Shown piece by piece: positions 1 through 8,971 of a stretch of 20,000 bases of DNA. A program made the translations under genes and the position numbers. A model generated the notes under the pieces. That model was not told the origin of the DNA and searched no databases. It was given only the letters and a program-made list of their open reading frames with translations. The stretch's first letter is position 1. Each line of letters opens with the position of its first letter. Source of the DNA: an uncultured virus (IMG/VR IMGVR_UViG_3300023237_000001) (Duplodnaviria; Heunggongvirae; Uroviricota; Caudoviricetes); IMG/VR virus record IMGVR_UViG_3300023237_000001; one strand, given 5' to 3'.

Positions 1-1197
1 TACTGGTATGGCAAATACAGAATCTAAATTCCAAGTATTTTTTTCTGCAATAAGCCCATCAGAAGTTTTTAAGGTTTCCGGTAAGTGGCATATGGCAATA
101 AGATCTTTACGAGAAGCAGCATATGTTTGTAATGCCACATTTACCGCTGATGATGAAAGTTCTGGGGTTGATATTAAATACCCATCATCATAATCATCAA
201 AGCAGTGTATACCATTACCAGCAGAAGCATCTCCAACATAATCCACATCTATTATAGCCCCACCCGGTATAGCCCCACCAAAGGTGTAGATAGCATTAAC
301 TGGCCTTAAAGGACCTGTAAGGGTAGAAAGGTCTATGTAAACTGGTTTTATAAAATTAGAATCCAATAATATTCCAGAAAGAAAAGTTGATGTTTCAATG
401 GTTGGAGTATTTAAAATAAGAAGATTTTCATATAGTTCTGTTAAATCAGGTTCTTGGGAATGTCTAAGAGTTAAATTAAATGCATTCCATTGTCCGTTAG
501 AGGCATCAGATATTTCTATGGATAAATAATTACCATCTTTACCTTCTCCTAAAACCTCTATACTAAATAAATCATCAGTACCATCAGTAATGGTAGAAGC
601 TGTATTTACGTTGGTTATGGTTATAACTGGATCAGCTCCCTCACCCTGAATAACCCCAAATACCTCGGCATCATCCGCCATAACAAATAGTAATTCTCCA
701 CCATCTGAATCTGCAGTAAAATCTATAGTTATAGCCGAACCTGCTGCCGTTTGAGCTGTACTAGCCATAGACATCATAGTGGCGGCATGAGTACCATAGA
801 AATAAAATGTTTGGTACCAATCCCCAATAATTAAAGTAAAAGTATCACCAGCTTCCATTGCGGCATCTATACTAAAGGTGGTTGTTTTAATAAATAGGGT
901 TGGTTTAGTTGCGGTTAAAGTAGAAGCATTACCTATAGTGGTATAATGCCCGGCTCTTGCTACCCTAAGTTTTGTTCCTCTATCCAACATTCTTTTACAT
1001 AAGTGAGGAAAATCACTATCTGTACTATAAGATCCATAGATTTTTACAAATTCGGGCCAAGAAGAAATTACTTTATCCGGAGTATTTACTTTACCCCTGA
1101 GGGTTACCCCGGAAACAAATGCAATAAAATCACTTGGATCAGTTTGAGGTGTTAGGTTATTTACAACCCTTATGTTAACTTGTGGTGTTTCTGCCAT
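1..1197 (-). CDS. Contractile tail sheath protein, N-terminal ~399 aa (continues beyond the left edge)
   Basis: Not in the ORF track because no stop falls in the window. ATG at 1197. Hand translation of both ends is in one frame: MAETPQVNIRVVNNLTPQTDPSDFIAFVSGVTLRGKVNTPDKVISSWPEFVKIYGS... and ...ALQTYAASRKDLIAICHLP.... The G.T.RG..N.P..I.SW.EF...YG N-terminus and YA..RKD motif are typical of sheath proteins. The gene follows the tail terminator. Confidence 0.88.
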   Translation of the reverse strand, partial: MAETPQVNIRVVNNLTPQTDPSDFIAFVSGVTLRGKVNTPDKVISSWPEFVKIYGSYSTDSDFPHLCKRMLDRGTKLRVARAGHYTTIGNASTLTATKPTLFIKTTTFSIDAAMEAGDTFTLIIGDWYQTFYFYGTHAATMMSMASTAQTAAGSAITIDFTADSDGGELLFVMADDAEVFGVIQGEGADPVITITNVNTASTITDGTDDLFSIEVLGEGKDGNYLSIEISDASNGQWNAFNLTLRHSQEPDLTELYENLLILNTPTIETSTFLSGILLDSNFIKPVYIDLSTLTGPLRPVNAIYTFGGAIPGGAIIDVDYVGDASAGNGIHCFDDYDDGYLISTPELSSSAVNVALQTYAASRKDLIAICHLPETLKTSDGLIAEKNTWNLDSVFAIPV

Positions 1198-1242
1198 GAT
1201 TATTATCTTAACTATGTTTTATAAAATTGGTTTAGTATTGTA

Positions 1243-1950
1243 TTAAGCGTTACTTATGACCATCTCATCCAAGGTTATTAAATCTTGTAAAGCTAGTTGT
1301 AAGGTTATTTCTTGTATTAATGCTATCTGATTATCTTCATCTACACTACATTCGGTTTCATAAACATCTGGTAGTATATATCTATATACCTTTTCTAAAA
1401 CCCCCTCTTGCCTATCAGTACTATCAAAACTACCTATATTTTCATAAAATATATTACCCGAAGTTTTTAATTCCAGGGTTGGCCAAAAAGGTATATAACC
1501 TCTACGTGACATAGCTTGTGAAAGAATGGCATTTAAAATTACCATATGTATAGCTGATGACCCAGTTACATGAATATTAACCTCATATTCTGAAGATTGA
1601 GTTGGAAAGGTATGATTATGTATTACTCCATTATTTGAAAGGGGTTGTGGTGTTAGGTCTAATCCAATATCCCCAGGTAAAAACCCATAAGGAACAATAA
1701 CAATTCTTGGTGTTTTTTTGTTTCCTTTAAATTGAGTATTAGAATGGCCAAATAAATCTATTCCAAATTTTTCGTCTTGGGAGTCTGTAATAGCTTTTAA
1801 GGCCGCCCGATAAGCAGTTTTACCATTTTGATTAGTAAGATCAAAACTAGACCTATCAGGGGCATAACCATGTACCGTCATAACTCTATCAATTTGATGG
1901 AATATACTTCTATCTAAAAATTGTTGAATAAATGATAATGGTTGCGTCAT
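1243..1950 (-). CDS. Putative tail terminator / tail completion protein
   Basis: 235 aa, between the neck genes and the sheath. ATGA overlap with the upstream gene. Assigned mainly by synteny. Confidence 0.6.
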   Translation of the reverse strand: MTQPLSFIQQFLDRSIFHQIDRVMTVHGYAPDRSSFDLTNQNGKTAYRAALKAITDSQDEKFGIDLFGHSNTQFKGNKKTPRIVIVPYGFLPGDIGLDLTPQPLSNNGVIHNHTFPTQSSEYEVNIHVTGSSAIHMVILNAILSQAMSRRGYIPFWPTLELKTSGNIFYENIGSFDSTDRQEGVLEKVYRYILPDVYETECSVDEDNQIALIQEITLQLALQDLITLDEMVISNA

Positions 1951-2507
1951 AATAGTTTAACTGTTATTTGATGTCTTTTTCTTATTTCATAGGCTATAGA
2001 AGCTATAACCATTTGCTTTATTTTTTTTCTGCCACCCATTTCATTAAAGGTTTTTCTCCATAAAGGTCGTGCGGGTATTTTACCATCTCGGGATCCAGAT
2101 TCTAATACCGAGGCATATTGAGCAATTGTGTAAGAACTACCGGCGGATTTTGTTTTTGGGTTTCTTGATCCTTTTTTTATTCCAACATAATAATTATTAT
2201 TTTTACTAACCATTTGTATGGCTCGGTAATAATAACCATAAAACATAAAAGGGGTGGCTGGTTTTCCCGCTTTCTTTTTTTTATCAATGGTGGATTGTTT
2301 TAAAGGTTCAAATCTAAACTTACCCCCTCCATTACGAATGTTTTGTCTTATAAGGTCAAAATATTTTTTAGCAGCTTTTTTAGAGGCCCTTTGATAACCA
2401 ACTTCTATAGTATGATCTAAACCTACAACTAAACTATGTAATTTAGCCCAATCACCTATTCTTTTAACAGTAACATTAACTCCCCTGTTACGGAATTGTT
2501 GTCTCAT
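1947..2507 (-). CDS. Neck / tail-completion protein (Mu gpG / HK97 gp10-like virion morphogenesis family)
   Basis: Basic 186 aa protein with PLKQSTIDKK and YASVLESGSRDGKIPARPLW, matching the PL..ST..KK and YA..xE.G...IPARP.. signature of this family. Confidence 0.75.
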   Translation of the reverse strand: MRQQFRNRGVNVTVKRIGDWAKLHSLVVGLDHTIEVGYQRASKKAAKKYFDLIRQNIRNGGGKFRFEPLKQSTIDKKKKAGKPATPFMFYGYYYRAIQMVSKNNNYYVGIKKGSRNPKTKSAGSSYTIAQYASVLESGSRDGKIPARPLWRKTFNEMGGRKKIKQMVIASIAYEIRKRHQITVKLL

Positions 2508-2971
2508 AGATATTGATCTTCAACTGTATCTATTTCTTCTCGTTTTAGGATTATAAATTGTAGTAAAGGTTCTTCTGATGCCTGGGCAGTCTGAGATTCA
2601 CCTAATGCTTTATATGTAATCCCTTTTATAATAAACCTATCGGCACCTGGATCAAAGTTTAAAAAACCATCTGAGTTTGCAAAACCATTATCAGATAAAT
2701 ATTTAATGTTTAAATACAGTAATAAATTTTGTTTATCAATTTCACCTGAATCTGTGGTTTTAGTACTTGGCCATGACCTATAATCATTATATTGTATTAA
2801 ACCTAAAAGTTTTGAAGATTTTGGTTTTAATAAAATATCTTCTCCATGGGTTGTGATTCCTTTGTTTATGTATTGCATAAGGGTAACTTCTTGTTTAAAG
2901 GCATCCTCATGGAAGTTATTAATAATATCTTTATAACTATCCCATTCATTTGTGGTTATATAACTTGGCAT
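2504..2971 (-). CDS. Putative head closure / stopper protein (SPP1 gp16-like)
   Basis: 155 aa, beta-rich, with a DRFIIKGITYKAL pattern. It sits directly after the adaptor gene. Confidence 0.6.
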   Translation of the reverse strand: MPSYITTNEWDSYKDIINNFHEDAFKQEVTLMQYINKGITTHGEDILLKPKSSKLLGLIQYNDYRSWPSTKTTDSGEIDKQNLLLYLNIKYLSDNGFANSDGFLNFDPGADRFIIKGITYKALGESQTAQASEEPLLQFIILKREEIDTVEDQYL

Positions 2972-3780
2972 TATCCTTGAGATGATATATTTTGATTGCC
3001 ATTACCCCCACAACAACCTGCTGTATTGGTTTTAGGTATTTGACCAATTAGTGGACCAATTACCACTTTAAATTTATCGCAGATAACTGGGATATGGATA
3101 TTTAATCTTTTTGCCAATGAACACATTGACCTGGATACTGAATCTATAGCACCTCCACTTTTTAAAGATGATGAAGAGGAACCGGCTGTATCATTTTCCC
3201 CATACCATTGTACTTCTGTGGGACCGGTAACAATTTGTTTAATTGCCCTGGATGAAGAGCTGCCTCCATTATTAGCCGCTATAATAGATGAGTTACCTTG
3301 TTGAATAAGTATATCATAGGCTACCATAGATGCCACTAATGAATTTTCTAGTGGTTCATAGTATAACTCATTAAAGATATTAGCAGATGGTATAATGTGG
3401 TTAACTAGAGGATGGATAAATAATTGTTGTTTTTGAATTAACCCGGCAAGTTCTGCCACATCATATACAACGTTTGGTGGGATATATTGATTTACTAAGG
3501 TATAAATGCTTTGAGATAATACTGGCCCAGCAGCTCTTACCCCTACAGGTAATGTTATACTGGTGGTACCTCCGGTATTTGATACAGATAAGGTAACTGT
3601 AAAAAAACCATCTCTTGTAAAATCCTTGGATGGATTTTGTAATGAGGAGGAAGTTCCATCTCCAAAATCCCATTGCCAAGCTGTCGGTCCATTTGATGAT
3701 AAATCTTGAAAGACTACTACAAATGTACCTTCAGTTGGTACGTATGTGAAATTTGAAACTGGTATAGCTGCTGGTGCCAT
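2971..3780 (-). CDS. PKD (Ig-like) domain fused to a putative head-tail adaptor
   Basis: The N-terminal ~80 aa contain the PKD signature FQDLSSNGPTAWQWDFGDGTSSSLQNPS...GFFTVTLSVSN. The C-terminal part has AIKQIVTGPTEVQWY, resembling adaptor beta-hairpin motifs, and lies at the adaptor position after the MCP. Confidence 0.75.
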   Translation of the reverse strand: MAPAAIPVSNFTYVPTEGTFVVVFQDLSSNGPTAWQWDFGDGTSSSLQNPSKDFTRDGFFTVTLSVSNTGGTTSITLPVGVRAAGPVLSQSIYTLVNQYIPPNVVYDVAELAGLIQKQQLFIHPLVNHIIPSANIFNELYYEPLENSLVASMVAYDILIQQGNSSIIAANNGGSSSSRAIKQIVTGPTEVQWYGENDTAGSSSSSLKSGGAIDSVSRSMCSLAKRLNIHIPVICDKFKVVIGPLIGQIPKTNTAGCCGGNGNQNISSQG

Positions 3781-3803
3781 TATTAAAATTATAAAATATT
3801 AGA

Positions 3804-4268
3804 TTAATCAAATAAGCCTTCAGCATATTCCTTTACTGCTGGTTTATTCATTGCATTTAATTCTTCTTCGGATTTATTCATTTCTAAAGCCACAGAGTTT
3901 TCAATTAACCATTGAATCATTGCATCTTTATTACTTGGTAAATCTTCTAAAAGAATATCATCTTCTTCCTCTTCTTCTTCTTCCTCTTCTTCCTCATCTT
4001 CTTCCTCTTCTTCTTCCTCATTAAGGTTAATAACCTTACCAGTTTTATTTTGGGATTTTGTGTATTTATCAAAATCAGCCTTATCAGCGTATTCTAAATG
4101 ACCTCCCTTTAACCCTTCTCTTACCAATTTATTACTTAATTGTTTTGGGGTTAATTTTAATACTGTCCGCTTGTTTAGTTTTAAATTACTAATCGGATCG
4201 TAAAATGAATTTGCGGTTGCCCCTAGACATACATATCTTGGGGTTTTGTTTAATTGACTTTTAGCCAT
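3804..4268 (-). CDS. Hypothetical virion-module protein with a 21-residue Glu/Asp tract and a C-terminal HeH/Rho-N-like motif
   Basis: Basic N-terminus, central EEEEEEEDEEEEEEEEEEEDD, and C-terminal EEELNAMNKPAVKEYAEGL. Located immediately after the MCP terminator. Confidence 0.7.
   Translation of the reverse strand: MAKSQLNKTPRYVCLGATANSFYDPISNLKLNKRTVLKLTPKQLSNKLVREGLKGGHLEYADKADFDKYTKSQNKTGKVINLNEEEEEEEDEEEEEEEEEEEDDILLEDLPSNKDAMIQWLIENSVALEMNKSEEELNAMNKPAVKEYAEGLFD
3957..4019 (-). repeat. Low-complexity GAA/GAG/GAT codon run encoding the poly-acidic tract
   Basis: The plus strand reads atcatcttcttcctcttcttcttc...: 63 nt, 21 consecutive acidic codons. Confidence 0.9.
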
Positions 4269-4304
4269 TACGGTATGGGTTTTAAATTATTTATTATTAA
4301 TAGA

Positions 4305-4339
4305 CAAAAAAGGGCAAGCCTAGATTGGTTTGCCCTTTT
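4305..4339 (-). terminator. Intrinsic terminator downstream of the major capsid gene
   Basis: The minus strand reads AAAAGGGCAAACC-AATCTA-GGCTTGCCCTTTTTTG, a GC-rich stem followed by a U-run, about 27 nt after the MCP stop. The A-run on the other side suggests it may work in both directions. Confidence 0.85.
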
Positions 4340-4365
4340 CTTATAAAGATGTAATGTGATTAATG

Positions 4366-5475
4366 TTAATCAATTAATACATTCTGAGCAGCATCCACAT
4401 CATATTCATCTGGGAAACCATCAGTAGCAAAATCTACGGATTTATCCAAGATTAAAACAGAGTCATCCATAAGCTTAGCAAATCCAGTTGTTAAACTAAC
4501 ATAGAAAGCTTCCGATTGATTTGAAACAATCCTTTCTGATTCAAGCATAAGAGGCCTAGCATTAAATTTAACCAGGGCTTTGGTTGGATCAACCATTACT
4601 TCTTGATCAGCAGGTATATTCCCATGTATATAATAGGATGCAGAGTTTGGAACAGGAGTCTTAAGATCCAGATTGGAATTTGTTGTTCCCTGAGTTTTAA
4701 GCTTGAATTCATCCATGTCCAATGTATCAAGGGCAGAAGCTTCTGACCCAATAATAACATTTGGTATTCTACCCAACCTTGACATTCTAATCCAGATTCT
4801 AAGCATATCTCTATATGCCTTCGTTCCCGGAGTTTCAACCCCAATTATTGGTGCTGAACCTGAACCATCAGCCTGTTCTCCATTGATAAGAGTATTGATT
4901 GCCAATACATCTAACCCATGTCCTAATTTTACCCCAAAATCTCTTAAGAAGATTGCAACCACATCCAATGATACATAATTCTTAACTTCGTCAGTAATCT
5001 TAATACCTCTCCCCATTTTGAATAGAGATATTGATTTTTGACCATAGCTAATAGTACCTAATGAAATTGTTTCACCTTCATTAACTTTCTTAGGAGTTGC
5101 ATCAGACATATTAATATGTGGCATGATAGCTTTTAAACCATCCAACTGTTGTTCAGAAGCAGTTATGGCATTCCAAATCGGAGATGTTCTTAAACCAGTT
5201 AAGATAGCTTCTCTAAAAAGTTCTGGAATGATCCAAGCAACATCTGCTTGCCCATATGTATAAAGATTCTGAATTGTATCAGTAGATGTATCGATTCCTA
5301 TTTCTGCAAGGAAAGAATCCATTGTAACACTTTCATCATCAAATGATTCTTGGACTGTTTCGATAAAGTTGGCATCCACAGGATTATCTTTATCACCTCT
5401 AAATCCATCGGCTAACTTAACGGTTTGTTCTATCTTACCGTTAAATCTTGATTCTTGATATTTTTTAATATCCAT
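4366..5475 (-). CDS. Major capsid protein (HK97 fold)
   Basis: 369 aa after the protease/scaffold and cement genes and followed by a strong terminator. It has WIIPE, KVNEGETI (V.EG..I), KMGRGIKITDE and D...IN.LING motifs typical of HK97-like MCPs. Confidence 0.9.
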   Translation of the reverse strand: MDIKKYQESRFNGKIEQTVKLADGFRGDKDNPVDANFIETVQESFDDESVTMDSFLAEIGIDTSTDTIQNLYTYGQADVAWIIPELFREAILTGLRTSPIWNAITASEQQLDGLKAIMPHINMSDATPKKVNEGETISLGTISYGQKSISLFKMGRGIKITDEVKNYVSLDVVAIFLRDFGVKLGHGLDVLAINTLINGEQADGSGSAPIIGVETPGTKAYRDMLRIWIRMSRLGRIPNVIIGSEASALDTLDMDEFKLKTQGTTNSNLDLKTPVPNSASYYIHGNIPADQEVMVDPTKALVKFNARPLMLESERIVSNQSEAFYVSLTTGFAKLMDDSVLILDKSVDFATDGFPDEYDVDAAQNVLID

Positions 5476-5498
5476 TATTACTAAGGTTTATGCAGTGA

Positions 5499-5936
5499 TT
5501 ATCCTGCGATTATGATTCTACAATTTTCGGTATCGGATACCGCATCCATTGACCAACCCACCATGTTATTTGCAGTGATTGCGTCCCCCTGTGCATATTC
5601 ATGGTATGAGGTATTATTAGGTGCTTGTAATTCTGTACCTAAATGTACTGGACCAGCAGTGATTGCACCTTCGGCAGTTCCGAATACTACGCAATATCCT
5701 TTAGCCATATACGTGCATACATCTCCTGCAGCTGCATTATGGTTAGATATTCCTACCATTAACCTAACATTATCTGCTGGGAGTAATGGAGTAAGTTCTC
5801 CGGTTGCACCATCTAACTTTACTGGCTGGCCCCTTTTTATAGAAGCGCCAGTAAGCACAGTAGCCGCGTTATGCAGTTTATGTGACTCGGATTTAAAGAT
5901 TACCTCTTTATCCGTACTTGAAATTGAATTAGCCAT
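5499..5936 (-). CDS. Capsid decoration / cement protein (DUF2190-like)
   Basis: Small Ala/Gly-rich 145 aa protein between scaffold and MCP, with IKRGQPVKL...VGISNHNAAAGD...AEGAITAG motifs typical of cement proteins. Confidence 0.75.
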   Translation of the reverse strand: MANSISSTDKEVIFKSESHKLHNAATVLTGASIKRGQPVKLDGATGELTPLLPADNVRLMVGISNHNAAAGDVCTYMAKGYCVVFGTAEGAITAGPVHLGTELQAPNNTSYHEYAQGDAITANNMVGWSMDAVSDTENCRIIIAG

Positions 5937-5966
5937 TTCTTCTGTTGTTATTTATTATTATATGAT

Positions 5967-7499
5967 TTATTTCTTGTTTTTTAATTTCTTATCCCTAAGC
6001 CTTGACTTAATCTCAGCTGCAGATAAAGGGGTATCATCATTACCCCCTGGTGGAGTATCACTTGGATTAATAATACCATCAGCATTTAAAGATATAGAAG
6101 CTCTACTTATATCAGTACCTTTGCAGGTATTACAAGAAGCTTGGAATTTACCTTCCGCTTGTTTTTCAAAACTTGCAAGTAAAGAAGTAGCCGTTGTGTA
6201 ATTACCCTCGGCAATAATGGCAAGCATAGAGTCATCTTCTTTAGCATCATCACCCTGTAGTGCTGTGTAAAGTTCAGTAGCTCTAGATTTAACTGCCGCC
6301 AAAGCCTTATCTGCAATAGGAGCTTTTTCTAAAAGAGATTGATTCTCTGTTGTTAAATCTCCTACCTGAGTGGTAAGTTCGGTTACTTGTGTTTGAGCAT
6401 CAGTAACATCTGCTTCTAATTTTACAGCCTTATCAGCAACTTCTTTTAATGAGGTAAGATGATTTCCAAATTTTTCTTGGAAATTTTCCTCTGTAATTTC
6501 ATTGTCTGTGTCTAGAGTAAAACCAATTAGAGCCGCTAAGGCTATGATATCTTTCATACTTGTTGTTTTATGATTTTCTGGTTTGTTATTACTTATTGAA
6601 TTAGGTGTTGTGTTATCTGATAATGAGGTTGTATCATTTTTCCAATCCCAGGCAAAAGCTTTCTTTCCCTTGGTGTTTTCGGTTTGGGTTGCTGATAAAT
6701 TATATACTGCATCAGAATATTTAGGATTAACAATCATTCCATTGTCTCCAATTTTTTGGGCAAAGACATCAGCACCGTGAGATACAAGTGAAGTTTCATG
6801 ATAAGATAATACGGAAGTAACTATTCTTCTTATTAATACCCCATCCGCATCATAAGTAGCAAGTTTAGACCAAAATTCGTTGTCATCCATATCACTATGT
6901 GACTTTGTCCATTTAAACCTAACAGTTACAGAATTAGAATGTATAGAAGGGGGATCCATTAAAATACCCCTGGCAATTCTGGGATTAGATTTAGCGTCTA
7001 TCTTTAATATACCATTAATACCCGCAGGTATAATAATTTCTTTTCCTTCATTTACTGTGGTTAATTCTTTTTGCCAAAATACATCCTTTACAGCCCCCAG
7101 TGCATTACCTACTGGAGTTTCATGGTCTGGGTTAACAGTTTGACCAACTAATAAATTCATAGTGGATTTTAATACACCCTTACCACCAAAATCAATTGGG
7201 TTCCATTGTTTATGTACGATGGCAGCTGATATTAACCTAAAAGTTGGTTCTATAAACTCGTCATCTGTAGGATTTAAATCCGCTGCCGTAACATCTGGGT
7301 AGTATGTGGTATAATTCGGAGAAGACATATCAAATAAACCCAATCGCTGTAAATCCATATTTTTAACATGGTCAGCAAGCTTTTCTGATATTTGAGTAGG
7401 AGTTAAAATACTGGGTTTAAATCCCGCTATTAAAGAATGTCCGGAAGCTAAATCAATCTGATCAACAAACTCCCTGTTTTTTAAATTATCTTTAGCCAT
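5967..7499 (-). CDS. Prohead maturation protease fused to a scaffolding domain
   Basis: The N-terminal half has herpes/HK97-type protease motifs (VNPDHETPV His, HSNSVTV Ser, ETSLVSHGAD). A polar linker precedes a helical/coiled-coil C-terminus (VTDAQTQVTELTTQVGDLTTENQSL). Located between portal and capsid genes. Confidence 0.8.
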   Translation of the reverse strand: MAKDNLKNREFVDQIDLASGHSLIAGFKPSILTPTQISEKLADHVKNMDLQRLGLFDMSSPNYTTYYPDVTAADLNPTDDEFIEPTFRLISAAIVHKQWNPIDFGGKGVLKSTMNLLVGQTVNPDHETPVGNALGAVKDVFWQKELTTVNEGKEIIIPAGINGILKIDAKSNPRIARGILMDPPSIHSNSVTVRFKWTKSHSDMDDNEFWSKLATYDADGVLIRRIVTSVLSYHETSLVSHGADVFAQKIGDNGMIVNPKYSDAVYNLSATQTENTKGKKAFAWDWKNDTTSLSDNTTPNSISNNKPENHKTTSMKDIIALAALIGFTLDTDNEITEENFQEKFGNHLTSLKEVADKAVKLEADVTDAQTQVTELTTQVGDLTTENQSLLEKAPIADKALAAVKSRATELYTALQGDDAKEDDSMLAIIAEGNYTTATSLLASFEKQAEGKFQASCNTCKGTDISRASISLNADGIINPSDTPPGGNDDTPLSAAEIKSRLRDKKLKNKK

Positions 7500-8971
7500 T
7501 ATGCTTTTTTATTATCTTTGCGTTTTGGTTGTTCTTTCTTTTTATCCCTAGACCCCCTATCTGATTTACCAGCCTTCTTATTAGCATCTTCCTTTTTAGA
7601 AGCTGGAGCCATAACATTTTTATCTCGGCTTACCCTAGGTTTTTCCTGATTGGGTTTTTCATAGTTGGTTTCTTCAGAAAATTGTTCTTGTCCTATTATA
7701 CCTTGGTCATACAAGGCTTGTAGATTACGTATTTTTATTTCTCGAGCTTGTTGAGATTTAAGATCATCCGTTATAGTGGATGGTTTAAATTCTGTTCTTA
7801 ACCCCTTAGGTCTAAATCCTGATAATGTTAATTCCAAAATATAAAGGTCATCAAAGAAATCTGCCACCATTCCTTGAACATTGGATAGTTGAGATAACAT
7901 TTTGGTAAATACAATAGATAAGGCAGTTTCAGAACCAGAGCCTTCTCCTAAGAAAGCCACGTTATGTTTTAAACCATTTGCTACTTGTTGTTTTGAATTC
8001 TTTACTAATACATCTACCCCTTGTATATTAGAGGTGGTTGAATGAAAGTCGTATTCATGGTCATCTTTATAACCAACTGAAATACCTTCTTTAAAACCCG
8101 CGGCAACATTTTCTTTGGTTTCATTTAATAACCCCTTTAATCTGTCTTTATATTGGGCAACGCTTTCTTGACCCTCCATATCTGGCTTTTCTAAACCAAC
8201 CTGTAGGAAACCTAGTACCCCCAGCAATTCAAGTACGTTATCTATATTCTCATTCATTTTACCTTGACTAGCAATAGCTTTTAAAGAGGCTAAAAATGGA
8301 GGAACCCCATAAGGAATTTCTTCATCAGTTAATAAGGCATTATAATGATAAGTTTCTGTGTTTAGCTTTAAATACCCAGAACTATTAACCCCATTTCTAT
8401 CTGGAGAATATTTTACGGCTTGATAAGGTACATATCTACCTTTTTGTATTGCAAATTTAATAAGCTCTGGATTAACCATACCTATTTTTTCTATCCCTTT
8501 TAAATTCATCTTAACAATGTTTTCAGCAGAGATAGCACCACCTACCCAAATTTGAGCAATTAGTTTTGATGCTATACCATTAACCCCAGAAGTTCCATCC
8601 ATCCATTTTTTAGATACCTTCTTAAGGTGTTTACGCATTTTATCTTGAACATCAGCTGGAGTATCTTGATCAAATCTTATATGGTGACCGGTGTTTGTTA
8701 ATTGAACAATGTCCATTAACGCTAACCCCATATCCTCATTTACCTTATATAAATCCCGTATTACAGGAATACATTCTTGGTTAAATTTAGGGTTTACATA
8801 TTTAACTTGATCTTTTAATACTGATAAAGGGTTATGCCCTTCATTAATTTGAGAAGATCTTCCCTTGGGTATATTAATTACCGGCTTTCTTTTATTCTCA
8901 ACTGTAGCGGGCGTTTCTTCCTTCCTATTGAGGAAGTAGTTTAATATTTTATTATTATTTATTTTGGCCAT
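7499..8971 (-). CDS. Portal protein
   Basis: 490 aa immediately after TerL, with a PYGVPPFLASL motif, late LYDQGII, and a basic disordered C-terminal tail. Confidence 0.85.
   Translation of the reverse strand: MAKINNNKILNYFLNRKEETPATVENKRKPVINIPKGRSSQINEGHNPLSVLKDQVKYVNPKFNQECIPVIRDLYKVNEDMGLALMDIVQLTNTGHHIRFDQDTPADVQDKMRKHLKKVSKKWMDGTSGVNGIASKLIAQIWVGGAISAENIVKMNLKGIEKIGMVNPELIKFAIQKGRYVPYQAVKYSPDRNGVNSSGYLKLNTETYHYNALLTDEEIPYGVPPFLASLKAIASQGKMNENIDNVLELLGVLGFLQVGLEKPDMEGQESVAQYKDRLKGLLNETKENVAAGFKEGISVGYKDDHEYDFHSTTSNIQGVDVLVKNSKQQVANGLKHNVAFLGEGSGSETALSIVFTKMLSQLSNVQGMVADFFDDLYILELTLSGFRPKGLRTEFKPSTITDDLKSQQAREIKIRNLQALYDQGIIGQEQFSEETNYEKPNQEKPRVSRDKNVMAPASKKEDANKKAGKSDRGSRDKKKEQPKRKDNKKA

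Noticed and set aside
3461..3679. Alternative-frame minus-strand ORFs inside genes (also 4596-4844, 6107-6316, 16207-16404)
   Set aside because: They are short, fully nested and lack motifs. No lipobox or slippery site suggests real overprinting.
5512..6201. 229-aa plus-strand ORF
   Set aside because: It lies antisense to the cement and scaffold genes, has no recognisable motif, and is best explained as a shadow ORF.
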